Shown: positions 51,791 through 62,465, numbered from the stretch's first letter. The stretch is DNA of 64,000 bases from Verrucomicrobiia bacterium (GCA_035551475.1 DASZMX010000053.1:32328-96327), one strand, 5' to 3'. Notes: generated by a model from the letters alone, not told the origin. A program made the numbers and translations.

Positions 51791-53218
51791 ATGCCGCAGG
51801 AATATCGGTTCATCCTAAAAAATGTCGATCAGCCCGGTTACACACCGGACCTCGAGTGCTACCTGCGCCATGGCGGCTATGACGCCCTGAAAAAAGCGCT
51901 CGCCCTGCCCGCCAAGGACCTGCCCGACGGCAAAAAACTCACCGCCCAGGAGCAAATCCGTGAGGAAGTCAAAGTTTCCGGCTTGCGCGGCCGCGGCGGC
52001 GCCGGGTTTTCCTGCGGGTTGAAGTGGTCGTTCGTGGACCGGAAAAGCGGCAAGCCAATTTACCTTATTTGCAATGCGGACGAGTCGGAGCCCGGCACGT
52101 TCAAGGACCGCCAGATTATTTACAAGGATCCGCACCAATTGCTCGAGGGGATGATCATCTCCTGTTTCGCCAATGACGTGCACCTCGCCTATATCTATAT
52201 CCGCGGCGAAATGCCCGACGGCGCGCGCCTCCTGCTGAAGGCGTTGGCGGAAGCACGGGCGAAGAATTTCCTCGGTAAGAATATTCTGGGCAGCGGTTAC
52301 GACCTGGATATTTACATCCATCGCGGCGCCGGCGCGTATATTTGCGGCGAGGAAACGGGCCTGATCGAATCCCTGGAAGGCAAGCGCGCTTACCCGCGCA
52401 TCAAGCCTCCCTATTTCCCGGCGGTCCTGGGCCTTTACATGTGCCCGACGATTGTCAACAACGTCGAGACGCTGGCCACCGTCAAACATATCGTGTTGAT
52501 GGGCGGAGCCGAGTACGCCAAGCTGGGCACGCCGAACAACACCGGCACCCGCATCGTCAGCGTCAGCGGCCACGTCCGCAAACCCGGCTACTACGAAGTC
52601 GAAGTCGGCAAAGCCACGCTCGGCGAGTTGATCATGCACCCCAATTTCGGCGGCGGCTTGCGCGAAGGCCGCACCCTCAAGGCCGTGATTCCCGGCGGCT
52701 CCTCCGCCAAGGTTTTCAAGGCCGGCGAGAAATTCAAGCTCAAGCGCAAAGGCGCCGACGGCCAGATGACGGCGGTTGATGTCGATATGCTTGACATCCC
52801 CTACGATTTCGACTCCCTCCAACAGGCGGGCAGCATGTCCGGTTCCGGCGCCATCATCGTGCTGGACGACACGACCGATATCGTGGCCGCCCTGGCCAAT
52901 GTCTCCGAGTTTTACGCGCACGAAAGCTGCGGCCAATGCACCCCCTGCCGCGAGGGCTCGCTCTGGATTTCCAAGGCGCTGCACCGCCTGAGCCATGGCC
53001 ATGGGCGCCAGAAGGACGCCGCTTATCTGTTGAGCATCGCCCAAAATATCCAGGGCCGCACCATTTGCGCTTTCGGCGAAGCCTGCGCCTGGCCGGTGCT
53101 GAGTTTTGTCAACAAATTCCGCGACGAATTTGAAGCCCGCGGCGCCGCCGATGAAGCCAAAAGCGCCGGAGCCGGCCCCACTCACGGGATGAAGATTGCG
53201 GCGAATCCGGAACCATGA
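51791..53218 (+). CDS. nuoF: NADH-quinone oxidoreductase subunit F
   Basis: GRGGAGFSCGLKW (FMN/NADH site), GAGAYICGEETGLIESLEG, ESCGQCTPCREG (N3 cluster). Confidence 0.96.
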   Translation: MPQEYRFILKNVDQPGYTPDLECYLRHGGYDALKKALALPAKDLPDGKKLTAQEQIREEVKVSGLRGRGGAGFSCGLKWSFVDRKSGKPIYLICNADESEPGTFKDRQIIYKDPHQLLEGMIISCFANDVHLAYIYIRGEMPDGARLLLKALAEARAKNFLGKNILGSGYDLDIYIHRGAGAYICGEETGLIESLEGKRAYPRIKPPYFPAVLGLYMCPTIVNNVETLATVKHIVLMGGAEYAKLGTPNNTGTRIVSVSGHVRKPGYYEVEVGKATLGELIMHPNFGGGLREGRTLKAVIPGGSSAKVFKAGEKFKLKRKGADGQMTAVDVDMLDIPYDFDSLQQAGSMSGSGAIIVLDDTTDIVAALANVSEFYAHESCGQCTPCREGSLWISKALHRLSHGHGRQKDAAYLLSIAQNIQGRTICAFGEACAWPVLSFVNKFRDEFEARGAADEAKSAGAGPTHGMKIAANPEP

Positions 53219-53240
53219 AACACTCGCCCGCATTGACGAC

Positions 53241-54971
53241 ATGAGCGCCAGCCCCACCACGCCAGCCGAAGCCAAGCCCGCGCCGCCGCCGGTCGAAAAG
53301 ATCAAGGTCAAGGTGGACGGACGCGACATCGAGGTGCCCAAGACCATGCCGGATTGGCAAGGCAAGCCGCAGCCCACCACCATGCTGCAAGCCTGCGCCG
53401 CCGCCGGCCTGGATGTGCCGCATTATTGCTATCATCCCAAGCTGCCGATCGCCGGCAATTGCCGCATGTGCCTGGTGGAATTCGGCACGCCTGTGATTGG
53501 ACCTGACCGCAAACCGGTCTTGAATCCTGATGGTTCGCCCAAAATCGCCCGCTCGGTGCTGCCCTACGAGCCCGGCACGCCCCGCGGCGCCATCGCTTGC
53601 GCCACGCCCATTTCTCCCGGGATGGAAATTTATCCCAGCTCGCCCGCAACCAAACAAATGCGCGAGGCTGTCCTGGAATCGCTGCTGATCAATCATCCGC
53701 TGGACTGCCCCATTTGCGACCAGGCGGGCGAATGCAAATTGCAGGAATATTCCGTGGATCATGGCCAGGCCGCGAGCCGCTTTGTCGAAGAAAAAGTCCA
53801 CAAACCCAAGCAAGTCGATCTCGGCCCCCGCATCGTGCTGGACGATGAACGCTGCATTCTTTGCTCGCGCTGCATCCGTTTCACGCGCGACATCGCCGGT
53901 GACGATGCCCTGGGTTTTGTTGATCGCGGCAGCCACAGCACGCTGACCCGTTTCCCCGGCAAATCATTTGACAACAATTACACGCTGAACACCGTGGACA
54001 TTTGCCCGGTGGGCGCGCTGACCTCCAAGGACTTTCGTTTCCAGATGCGCGTCTGGTTCCTCAAGGAGAGCAAGAGTGTTTGCACGAGTTGCTCCACCGG
54101 CTGCAACATCGTCATCGGCTCGCGCGAAAACAAAGTCTATCGCTACGAGCCCCGCGAAAACGATGCCGTCAATTCCTCGTGGATGTGCGATTACGGTCGG
54201 CTCCATTACAAATGGATCAACCGCGAAGATCGCCTGACCGAAGTGGCGAGCGCCAAATACGCCATCATCAGCCAGGAACTCGCGTGGGCCACCGCCCTCA
54301 CCGAAATCACCACCCTGCTCAAGCGCGCGCCGGAAAAAGGCGTCGCCATCATCGCCTCCGCCCGCCAGACGAACGAGGAGCTTTACCTCTTGAAAAAACT
54401 GGCGGTGAAACTCGACGCCATCACCGACTGCGTGCCGCACGAAGGGCCCGCCGACCATTTATTATTGCGCGCCGATCGCAACCCGAATTCCACCGGCGCG
54501 CGCCTCATCGGATTTGCCGGCTCGCCGCTGGGCTCGAATCTCGGGAAAATCGTTGAAGGCATCCGCACGGGAACAATTTCCGGCTTGATCGTCTTTGGCG
54601 AAGACATGACCAAGATCGGCATCAGCCAGGATTGGCTCAAGAAGCTCGATCTTCTGATTGTCAGCGATATTTTGCCGAATGAAACGACGGAAATTGCGCA
54701 CTATCTCCTACCGGGCTGCGCCCACGCGGAAAAACGCGGCAGCTTCGTCAATGCCAAGGGTCGCGTGCAGCGCTTCATGCAAAACATCGCGCCCAAGGGC
54801 AATTCCCGTCCGGAATGGGAATTCCTGCACGACCTGGTCTATGGCGTGACCGGCCAAAACGGCTTCACCAATATGGAGGCGTTGTTCAACGAAATGGCCC
54901 GGGAAGTCCCGGCGTTTCAGGGCCTCACCTGGGCCGGGCTCGGTGATTTAGGCGTGACGGTTCCAATTTAA
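53241..54971 (+). CDS. nuoG: NADH-quinone oxidoreductase subunit G (short, 576 aa)
   Basis: 2Fe-2S region CYHPKLPIAGNCRMCLVE, then HPLDCPICDQAGECKLQ, CILCSRCIRF and CPVGALT. ATG 53241 is chosen. Confidence 0.92.
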   Translation: MSASPTTPAEAKPAPPPVEKIKVKVDGRDIEVPKTMPDWQGKPQPTTMLQACAAAGLDVPHYCYHPKLPIAGNCRMCLVEFGTPVIGPDRKPVLNPDGSPKIARSVLPYEPGTPRGAIACATPISPGMEIYPSSPATKQMREAVLESLLINHPLDCPICDQAGECKLQEYSVDHGQAASRFVEEKVHKPKQVDLGPRIVLDDERCILCSRCIRFTRDIAGDDALGFVDRGSHSTLTRFPGKSFDNNYTLNTVDICPVGALTSKDFRFQMRVWFLKESKSVCTSCSTGCNIVIGSRENKVYRYEPRENDAVNSSWMCDYGRLHYKWINREDRLTEVASAKYAIISQELAWATALTEITTLLKRAPEKGVAIIASARQTNEELYLLKKLAVKLDAITDCVPHEGPADHLLLRADRNPNSTGARLIGFAGSPLGSNLGKIVEGIRTGTISGLIVFGEDMTKIGISQDWLKKLDLLIVSDILPNETTEIAHYLLPGCAHAEKRGSFVNAKGRVQRFMQNIAPKGNSRPEWEFLHDLVYGVTGQNGFTNMEALFNEMAREVPAFQGLTWAGLGDLGVTVPI

Positions 54972-54980
54972 CATCGATAC

Positions 54981-56024
54981 ATGGACTGGTTTCTACATTC
55001 CAATCCGCAGACGCAATTCCTCTTGTTCAGCGTGATCAAGGTGGTGTGCGTCTTTGCGGTAGTCATGCCGATGGTGGCTTACGCGGTTTTGGCGGAACGG
55101 AAAATCTCCGCGTTTATTCAAGACCGCTTGGGGCCCAATCGCCTCGGGCCGGGCGGCATCTGGCAGCCGTTGGCGGACGGTGTGAAATCGTTTCTCAAGG
55201 AGGATTTCACTCCGGATCATGTGCGCAAAACCTATTTCTGGCTCGCGCCCATGGTCGTGATGATTCCCTCCCTGCTGACGCTGGCGGTGATTCCGTTTGG
55301 CTCGCAACTGGGCCATCAAAAAATGGTCATCGCGGATTTGGACGTGGGAATTCTTTACACGTTCGGCATCGTGTCCCTCGGCGTTTATGGAATCGTGCTG
55401 GCGGGTTACGCCTCCAATTCCAAGTATCCGTTTTTCGGCGGCATCCGCTCCAGCGCCCAAATGATTTCGTATGAAATCTCCATGGGCATGTCCGTGGTTC
55501 CCGTCTTCCTAATTGTCGGCGAATTGAATCTCAGCCAGGTCATCACCTATCAAGCCGAGCATGGCTGGCTGGTCATGTATGCGCCATTGTCATTTTTGAT
55601 TTTCATGGTGGCGGCCTTCGCGGAGACCAATCGACTCCCCTTCGATTTGCCTGAATCCGAGCAGGAGCTGGTCGGCGGCTATCACACCGAATACAGCTCG
55701 ATGAAGTTTGCGCTTTTCTTCATGGGCGAATACGCGAGCATGATCACCGCCTCGGCGATGATGGTGACGCTGTTCCTGGGCGGCTGGACGCTCCCTTTCG
55801 CGGGTTTGGACAAGCCGGCGGAAACGATCCTCATTGGTTTGGCGCAGATCGGCATATTTTTGGCCAAAATCGGCGTGCTGATGGGCATTTTTATCTGGGT
55901 GCGCTGGATGTGGCCGCGTTTTCGGTATGACCAATTGATGGATTTGGGATGGCGCCGCTTTATCCCGGTCGCCCTGGCCAACATCGTGGTCACGGCGCTC
56001 TGGCTGTGGTTGAAGGATCTATGA
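54981..56024 (+). CDS. nuoH: NADH-quinone oxidoreductase subunit H
   Basis: AERKISAFIQDRLGPNR, AETNRLPFDLPESEQELVGGYHTEYS. Confidence 0.96.
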   Translation: MDWFLHSNPQTQFLLFSVIKVVCVFAVVMPMVAYAVLAERKISAFIQDRLGPNRLGPGGIWQPLADGVKSFLKEDFTPDHVRKTYFWLAPMVVMIPSLLTLAVIPFGSQLGHQKMVIADLDVGILYTFGIVSLGVYGIVLAGYASNSKYPFFGGIRSSAQMISYEISMGMSVVPVFLIVGELNLSQVITYQAEHGWLVMYAPLSFLIFMVAAFAETNRLPFDLPESEQELVGGYHTEYSSMKFALFFMGEYASMITASAMMVTLFLGGWTLPFAGLDKPAETILIGLAQIGIFLAKIGVLMGIFIWVRWMWPRFRYDQLMDLGWRRFIPVALANIVVTALWLWLKDL

Positions 56025-56521
56025 TTGTCAAGCGAACCAAATTGAATCTTTGGGAGCGGCTTTATCTCCCCGCCGTGGTCGATGGCTTTCGCATCACGGT
56101 CCGGCACTTCTTCAAGAAGAAGATCACGATGCAATATCCGGAGGAAAAATGGTCCGTCCCGGAAGGCTATCGCGGCGCCCCGTACCTCGTTAAAGATCCC
56201 GAGAATCGCGTCAAGTGCGTCTCCTGCCAGCTTTGTGAATTCGTCTGTCCGCCGAAAGCCATTCGCATCACGCCCCCCGGGCCGCAAGGCTCGCCTGAGG
56301 CCGGCAATGTGGAAAAAGCGCCGCGTGAATTTAAAATCGACATGTTGCGCTGCATCTTCTGCGGCTTCTGCCAGGAAGTATGCCCCGAGGAGGCCATCTT
56401 CCTCATGAAGGATTATTCGCTCACCGGCGTCAGCCGGCAGGAAATGATTTACGACAAGGAAAAGCTGCTCGCCCTCGGCGGCACACACAACGATCAGATC
56501 TGGAAGTGGAAGCACAAATAA
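56021..56521 (+). CDS. nuoI: NADH-quinone oxidoreductase subunit I
   Basis: Two 4Fe-4S motifs, CVSCQLCEFVCP and CIFCGFCQEVCP. ATGA overlap with nuoH. Confidence 0.95.
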   Translation: MIVKRTKLNLWERLYLPAVVDGFRITVRHFFKKKITMQYPEEKWSVPEGYRGAPYLVKDPENRVKCVSCQLCEFVCPPKAIRITPPGPQGSPEAGNVEKAPREFKIDMLRCIFCGFCQEVCPEEAIFLMKDYSLTGVSRQEMIYDKEKLLALGGTHNDQIWKWKHK

Positions 56522-57024
56522 TGCACCCCCTGATCTTCTACATCTTTGCGGCGCTGACGCTTCTCTGCGGGGCTCTCGTGGTGGCCAACCCTTTCAGCCG
56601 AAACCCAGTGACGAGCGCCATGTTTTTGATTTTGACCATCATTTTCATGGCCTGCCTCTTTGTCCTGCTGCACGCCTTCTTCTTGTCAGCCGTGCAAGTC
56701 CTGGTTTACGCCGGCGCCGTCATGGTGCTGTTCGTTTTTGTGGTCATGTTGCTCGACTTGCCCGCCGAGGAGCGCCGCAAAATAAAATTGATGATGGCGG
56801 GCTTGGGAATACTTTCCACCGGCGTGATTGCCTATGCCATGATCCGCGCCGTGCGCGAATCCACCCTGCGCGACACCCTTGCGCCGCCCACGATCGAAGG
56901 CAGCATGTCCGCCGTGGGTTCCCTGCTTTTCACGCGCTTTGCCCTGCCTTTTGAATTGCTCTCCCTGCTGCTGCTGGCGGCGATGATCGGCGTCATTCTC
57001 CTCAGCAAAAAGGACCTGAAATGA
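56521..57024 (+). CDS. nuoJ: NADH-quinone oxidoreductase subunit J
   Basis: 167-aa hydrophobic protein with the QVLVYAGAVMVLFVFVVML motif, in the conserved position between nuoI and nuoK. Confidence 0.9.
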   Translation: MHPLIFYIFAALTLLCGALVVANPFSRNPVTSAMFLILTIIFMACLFVLLHAFFLSAVQVLVYAGAVMVLFVFVVMLLDLPAEERRKIKLMMAGLGILSTGVIAYAMIRAVRESTLRDTLAPPTIEGSMSAVGSLLFTRFALPFELLSLLLLAAMIGVILLSKKDLK

Positions 57025-57329
57025 ACCCGATCGGCCTCCATCATTATCTGGTCGTAAGCGTCCTGCTGTTTTGCCTCGGGCTGCTCGGCGTGATTATTCG
57101 GCGCAATGTCATCGTCATTTACATGTCCCTGGAGCTGATGCTTAACGCCGCGAACCTTGCTTTGGTCGCATTCTCCCGCTTTAACGACAACCTTAATGGC
57201 CAGGTGATGGTGGTGTTCATCATCACCGTGGCGGCCGCGGAAGTCGCGGTGGGGCTCGCCTTGATTGTCGCGCTGTTCCGCCGCCGCCAAACCACCCACG
57301 TCGAGGATCTGACGACGATGCGCTTATAG
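57021..57329 (+). CDS. nuoK: NADH-quinone oxidoreductase subunit K
   Basis: 102 aa, three TM helices, LMLNAANL and AAAEVAVGLA motifs. Confidence 0.93.
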   Translation: MNPIGLHHYLVVSVLLFCLGLLGVIIRRNVIVIYMSLELMLNAANLALVAFSRFNDNLNGQVMVVFIITVAAAEVAVGLALIVALFRRRQTTHVEDLTTMRL

Positions 57330-57331
57330 GA

Positions 57332-59218
57332 ATGAACGATCTTTTCCACGAACCCCTGCCCAACCTGATCTTGTTCCTGCCGCTGCTGGCGGCGGTGGTC
57401 ATCACCCTTTTTACGCAGAAAAACGGGCATCTCAGCGCCGTGATTTCCGTGGTCGCCATTCTGGGCGCGTTCGGCGCAGCCATTTTTCTGTTTTGCAGCC
57501 GCCTGGAAAGTTTGTCGCCGCGCGATTTTGCGGCTCATTGGCTGACGGTTGATTCCAAAACCCTCGGCGAATCCCTCCGCATCACCTTTGGCTTTCTGCT
57601 GGATCGACTCAGCCTCCTCATGATGCTGATCGTCACGGGGGTGGGCAGCATGATCCACATTTACTCCGTCGGCTACATGCGCGGTGATCGCAGCTTCGGC
57701 CGGTTTTTTGCATGCTTAAGTTTCTTCACGTTTTCGATGCTGGGCATTGTGTTCAGCGATAATTTTTTGCAGATGTTCATCTTTTGGGAGCTGGTGGGCG
57801 TGTCGAGTTATCTGTTGATTGGCTTCTGGTATGAACGCGGCGCGGCGGCGGATGCGGCCAAAAAAGCATTCCTCACCAACCGCATCGGCGATTTCGGTTT
57901 CCTCATCGGCATCATCTTCGTTTGGTCGATGGCTGGAACGCTCAACTTCATCGATTTGCGGAATCATCTGACCAGCAATCCGGTTCTCCTCGGCGGCTCA
58001 GCCACCGCCATTGGACTCTTGATTTTTTGCGGCGCCGTCGGCAAATCCGCGCAATTTCCGCTGCACGTCTGGCTCCCGGACGCCATGGAAGGCCCCACCC
58101 CGGTCAGCGCCTTGATCCACGCGGCGACGATGGTGGCCGCCGGCGTTTATATGTTGTCCCGCGTGTTTTTCCTCTTTAACGAAACGTCGTTGACGGTGAT
58201 CGCGTGGACGGGCGGATTCACCGCGATCATGGCTGCGCTGATTGCGGTGCAGCAGGACGACATCAAGCGCATCCTCGCTTATTCCACGCTCTCGCAATTG
58301 GGTTACATGGTGATGGCGGTCGGTTTGCATGAACCGCCGGCGGGCATGTTCCATCTCGCGACGCATGCTTTCTTCAAAGCACTTCTCTTCCTCGGCGCCG
58401 GTTCGGTCATTCACGCGCTGCATCACGAGCAGAACATTTGGAAGATGGGCCGGCTCAAAGATAAAATGAGCATCACCTTCTGGACCTTCCTGATCGGCAC
58501 GCTGGCCCTAAGCGGCTTTCCGTTCTTGAGCGGTTTTTACAGCAAAGACTCCATCCTCGCCGCCGCCTACAGATCGAATCTCCCGCTGTTTTATCTCGGC
58601 GTGGTGGTGGCGTTCTGCACGACCTTTTACATGTTCCGCCTGATTTTCGTGGTCTTCCTCGGCAAATCAAAATCCGAGGCCAGCGATCACGCCCACGAAT
58701 CGCCTTTCATCATGACCGGCCCCTTGTTGGTTTTGGCCGTCCTGGCGTTGGTCGGCGGCGTGATCGGCATCGAGGAATTCGTCATCCCGAAATATCATTC
58801 CATTCAGTTTGTGAAAACCTGGAGCGAACGGACGATGGAGCCGTTCTCGGTGGCTTCAACTTACTTCGGCATCGGCGCCTTTGTCGTGGGCCTGGCGCTT
58901 TCTTTCGCGCTTTATGCCAAGGCGGCGTCCGATCCCCTGCCCCGCGCGCTGCCGAGTTTGATGTCCGCCATGCGCAATCGGTTTTATTTCGATGAGCTTT
59001 ATGCATGGCTCATCGCCATGACGCATGAAGCGTTGGCGGAAGTGGCCAGCCTGGTCGATCGCTGGGTCATCTCCGGCATGGTCGTCCGCGGCGCGCACGG
59101 CGCCACCGAATTCATGGGGCGCGCTTTGCGCCTCCTGCAAACGGGCAACTTGCAAACCTATTCCTTTTTGTTCGCGGCCGGCATCGCGCTTGCCCTTTAC
59201 CTCATGCTGCTGCGTTAA
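57332..59218 (+). CDS. nuoL: NADH-quinone oxidoreductase subunit L
   Basis: 628-aa antiporter-like subunit: WELVGVSSYLLIGFW, GKSAQFPLHVWLPDAMEGPTPVSALIHAATMV. Confidence 0.95.
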   Translation: MNDLFHEPLPNLILFLPLLAAVVITLFTQKNGHLSAVISVVAILGAFGAAIFLFCSRLESLSPRDFAAHWLTVDSKTLGESLRITFGFLLDRLSLLMMLIVTGVGSMIHIYSVGYMRGDRSFGRFFACLSFFTFSMLGIVFSDNFLQMFIFWELVGVSSYLLIGFWYERGAAADAAKKAFLTNRIGDFGFLIGIIFVWSMAGTLNFIDLRNHLTSNPVLLGGSATAIGLLIFCGAVGKSAQFPLHVWLPDAMEGPTPVSALIHAATMVAAGVYMLSRVFFLFNETSLTVIAWTGGFTAIMAALIAVQQDDIKRILAYSTLSQLGYMVMAVGLHEPPAGMFHLATHAFFKALLFLGAGSVIHALHHEQNIWKMGRLKDKMSITFWTFLIGTLALSGFPFLSGFYSKDSILAAAYRSNLPLFYLGVVVAFCTTFYMFRLIFVVFLGKSKSEASDHAHESPFIMTGPLLVLAVLALVGGVIGIEEFVIPKYHSIQFVKTWSERTMEPFSVASTYFGIGAFVVGLALSFALYAKAASDPLPRALPSLMSAMRNRFYFDELYAWLIAMTHEALAEVASLVDRWVISGMVVRGAHGATEFMGRALRLLQTGNLQTYSFLFAAGIALALYLMLLR

Positions 59219-59221
59219 CCT

Positions 59222-60730
59222 ATGTCGCCGCTCACCTGGATTTTTATTTTTCCCCTGCTCGCCGCGGTTGGAATTGTTTTGATTCCGCGGAATTATCGGT
59301 TCGTGATCCGCTGCGTGGCCCTGGCCGCCACCGCCATTTCGATGCTTCTCTCCATTTCGATGTTCGCCTCCTTCATGCCGGGTGTGCCCGGCTTCCAATT
59401 CGAGCAGCAGCGGGCGTGGGCCGGCGATTTGGGCATCAGCTATCACGTCGGGGTGGACGGCCTCAACATCGGCCTCATCCTGATGGGCGCCACGGTGGCT
59501 TTCGCGGCCGTGTGCGTCTCCAGCTCGATCAAGACGCGGGAAAAGGAATTTTACATCCTATTATTGACGATGGCGGGCGGCATCCTGGGCGCCTTTGCCT
59601 CGCTGGATTTGTTCTGCTTTTATTTCCTGCACGAACTGGCGCTGGTGCCGACGTTCATCATGATCGGCGTTTGGGGCAAGGGTGAGCGCAAAAATTACGC
59701 GACCTACCAGATCACGCTTTATCTCAGCCTCGGCGCGCTCCTGGCGCTGCTGGGGTTGATCGCGGTTTACCTCCAATTGCCCGCCGGCCATCGCACGTTT
59801 GATATTCCGCAGATCATCGAATTTTACCGCACGCATCGCATGGCGGAATCGGCCCAGCGCATTATTTTCCCGATGCTTTTGTTTGGCTTTGGCATCCTCG
59901 TTTCGCTGTGGCCGTTCCACACCTGGGCGCCGTTGGGCTACGGCTCCGCGCCGACCGGCACGGCCATGATTCATGCGGGCGTCCTCAAGAAATTTGGCCT
60001 TTATGGCCTCATTCGTCTGGCCCTGCCGATTATGCCGGACGAGGCGCAACGCTGGGCGGTGACGATCATGGCCCTTTCGCTCGGCAACATTATTTACTGC
60101 GGATTTGTCGCCATGCGGCAGCGCAATTTGAACATGCTGATCGGCAATTCGAGCGTGGCGCACATGGGCTTCGCGTTTCTGGGCATTGCCAGCCTCAGTT
60201 TGGTTGGCATCACCGGCGCCGCCGTGGTGATGGTGGCGCATGGCTTTCTCGCCGCCCTCACGTTTGCGCTCAGCGGTTACTTGCACGAGCAAACGGGCAC
60301 GCTGGAGATTGACCGCATGGGCGGATTGCTGCGGCGCCTTCCCTTCATCGGCGCGGTGACCATCATGGCAATGATGGCAGGCTGCGGTCTGCCGGGATTT
60401 GCGGGCTTTCCCGGGGAAGTTTTGAGCCTTTTTGGAAGCTGGGGCCGCTCGCAGGTCATGACTGGCGTCGCGGTCTGGGGCGCGCTGGTGATTGGCGGCG
60501 TTTATATGACACGCGCCATTCGCAATATTTTGCACGGCGAAAAGGAATGGCCCAATATCTTGGACGCCACCAGCCTCTGGCGCCGGCTGCCCTTCGGGCT
60601 TCTGCTCGCCGGCTTGCTGCTGTTCGGCTGTTTCCCGCGACTGCTAACTGACGGGATAAAAGTCAGCGTCGAACCGATCGTCGGCATGGCGGCCGGCGAA
60701 TTGCACGCGGTTAAGGGAGGTCACCGATGA
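59222..60730 (+). CDS. nuoM: NADH-quinone oxidoreductase subunit M
   Basis: 502-aa antiporter-like subunit: FYFLHELALVPTFIMI, HTWAPLGYGSAPTGTAMIHAGVLKK. Confidence 0.94.
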   Translation: MSPLTWIFIFPLLAAVGIVLIPRNYRFVIRCVALAATAISMLLSISMFASFMPGVPGFQFEQQRAWAGDLGISYHVGVDGLNIGLILMGATVAFAAVCVSSSIKTREKEFYILLLTMAGGILGAFASLDLFCFYFLHELALVPTFIMIGVWGKGERKNYATYQITLYLSLGALLALLGLIAVYLQLPAGHRTFDIPQIIEFYRTHRMAESAQRIIFPMLLFGFGILVSLWPFHTWAPLGYGSAPTGTAMIHAGVLKKFGLYGLIRLALPIMPDEAQRWAVTIMALSLGNIIYCGFVAMRQRNLNMLIGNSSVAHMGFAFLGIASLSLVGITGAAVVMVAHGFLAALTFALSGYLHEQTGTLEIDRMGGLLRRLPFIGAVTIMAMMAGCGLPGFAGFPGEVLSLFGSWGRSQVMTGVAVWGALVIGGVYMTRAIRNILHGEKEWPNILDATSLWRRLPFGLLLAGLLLFGCFPRLLTDGIKVSVEPIVGMAAGELHAVKGGHR

Positions 60731-62169
60731 ATTTGGCGTTGATCGTTCCCGAAATCTCCGTCGTCGCCCTGGCCCTGCTCATTCTTTTGCTGGACCTTTG
60801 GACGCCGGTGGCCGCCAAGGTTCGCCTCGGCTACCTCGCCATTGGCGGGCTGCTGCTGATTCTGGCCATGACTTGGGCGCACGATCTCAGCGCGGCGCCC
60901 GCCGTGGGATTTGGCGGCATGTTTCAAGCCGACGGCCTCGGCCTTTTCTTCAAACGTTTTTTTATCATCGCCGCCGTGGCCGCCATTGCGCTCGCCATGG
61001 ATTTTTCCGCGCGTATAGCCTCTGGCATTTCCGAACTCTATGCGCTGATGCTCATCGCGTTGAGCGGCATGATGTTTGCCGCCTCGGTCAATGATCTCGT
61101 CCTCGCCTTCGTCGCGCTGGAGCTGATTTCGGTGACATTTTATATTCTGGTCAGCTTTCAACGCGGACGCTTGCTCTCGCTGGAAGCTGGCGTCAAATAT
61201 TTGATTTTGAGCGCGCTCTCCGCGGCCTTTTTGGTGTTTGGCATTGCCCTGATCTTTGGCGCGTCGGGAGTCACCAACTTCACCGATCTGAACCACGCCG
61301 CGCCCACTCTGGTGTTGAACAAGGCTTTCTGGCTGGGCCTGCTGCTCGTCTTGATTGGTTTGAGTTTTAAGATTGCCGCGTTCCCGCTGCAAATGTGGGC
61401 GCCGGACGTGTATCAAGGCGCGCCGACGCCTGTCACCGCGTTCCTTGCCATCGGCTCGAAGGCAGCCGGTTTTGCGCTGGCATTGCGCATTCTTTTCATC
61501 GCGTTTCCCTTGATCGCGGCGCGCTGGGACAAGCTGCTGATCGTGACGTCTGGCGTCACCATCCTTTACGGAAATCTGTGCGCCATTCCGCAACGCAGCC
61601 TCAAACGTCTTTTGGGCTACTCCAGCATTGCCAACGCCGGCTATCTGCTGCTTGGTGTATCCGCGGTCAGCGCCAGCGGGTCGTCCGCGGTGCTGTATTA
61701 TTTGGCCGGATATTTGGCGACGCTCGTGGCGGTGTTTGCCGTGATCAGCGTGGTGGGCCGCGAATCCGATGATATCAGCGCCTTCGCGGGGCTGCATCAG
61801 CGTTCGCCTTTTCTGGCCGCCGGCATGACGCTCGGCATGGTTTCCCTCGCGGGCATTCCGCCCCTGGCTGGCTTTCTCGGCAAATTCCTGCTGCTGCGCT
61901 CGGTCATCGATCGCGGCTTTTCCGATCCCGCTTATTTCTGGCTCGCGGGCGTGGCGGTGATCGGCGTGGTTATTTCGCTGTATTACTATTTTGGCGTCGT
62001 GCGCACGATGTATTGGCAAAGCGTGCCGGCGGACGCCGCGCCGCTGCAATTCTCCGCGCCCATGAAAACGCTCCTGGCGCTCAGCGTCATTGGCATGCTT
62101 TACCTGGGCGTCTGCCCCAGCGCGGCGTTCAACGCCACGGTCGAAGCGGTCAAGTCGCTCCGTTTTTAA
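60727..62169 (+). CDS. nuoN: NADH-quinone oxidoreductase subunit N
   Basis: 480-aa antiporter-like subunit: FKIAAFPLQMWAPDVYQGAPTPVTAFL. ATGA overlap with nuoM. Confidence 0.94.
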   Translation: MNLALIVPEISVVALALLILLLDLWTPVAAKVRLGYLAIGGLLLILAMTWAHDLSAAPAVGFGGMFQADGLGLFFKRFFIIAAVAAIALAMDFSARIASGISELYALMLIALSGMMFAASVNDLVLAFVALELISVTFYILVSFQRGRLLSLEAGVKYLILSALSAAFLVFGIALIFGASGVTNFTDLNHAAPTLVLNKAFWLGLLLVLIGLSFKIAAFPLQMWAPDVYQGAPTPVTAFLAIGSKAAGFALALRILFIAFPLIAARWDKLLIVTSGVTILYGNLCAIPQRSLKRLLGYSSIANAGYLLLGVSAVSASGSSAVLYYLAGYLATLVAVFAVISVVGRESDDISAFAGLHQRSPFLAAGMTLGMVSLAGIPPLAGFLGKFLLLRSVIDRGFSDPAYFWLAGVAVIGVVISLYYYFGVVRTMYWQSVPADAAPLQFSAPMKTLLALSVIGMLYLGVCPSAAFNATVEAVKSLRF

Positions 62170-62182
62170 TTTTCCAAAACAC

Positions 62183-62212
62183 TTGCCACACCTAATCCGG
62201 CGCAATTATATT
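62183..62212 (+). promoter_or_regulatory. candidate sigma-70-type promoter (TTGCCA-N18-TATATT) ahead of the ferredoxin gene
   Basis: The -35 is at 62183-62188 and the -10 at 62207-62212. The ATG is 14 nt downstream, which implies a very short leader. Sequence match only. Confidence 0.4.
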
Positions 62213-62225
62213 TCGCACACAAACT

Positions 62226-62465
62226 ATGGCTGACATCGCAAATAAATACGCCGATAGCGTCGCGGGAAAATATTACGTGGACAACCAGTGCATTGACTGC
62301 GATCTGTGCCGCGAAACAGCCCCGGCCAACTTCACGCGCAACGACGACGGCGGTTATTCCTTTGTCTTCAAGCAGCCGTCCTCGCCCGAGGAGGAAGCCC
62401 AATGCAAGGAAGCCAAGGAAGGTTGCCCCGTTGAAGCCATTGGCGACAATGGCGATCAAGCCTGA
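62226..62465 (+). CDS. small single-cluster 4Fe-4S ferredoxin
   Basis: 79 aa. YYVDNQCIDCDLCRETAP plus distal CPVEAI gives four Cys ligands in the classic spacing. Confidence 0.85.
   Translation: MADIANKYADSVAGKYYVDNQCIDCDLCRETAPANFTRNDDGGYSFVFKQPSSPEEEAQCKEAKEGCPVEAIGDNGDQA

Noticed and set aside
51815-53383. 522-aa ORF antisense to nuoF
   Set aside because: A shadow ORF. nuoF on the plus strand carries all cofactor-binding motifs.
60721-62205. 494-aa ORF antisense to nuoN
   Set aside because: A shadow ORF. The translation is highly basic and low complexity, while nuoN is clear on the plus strand.
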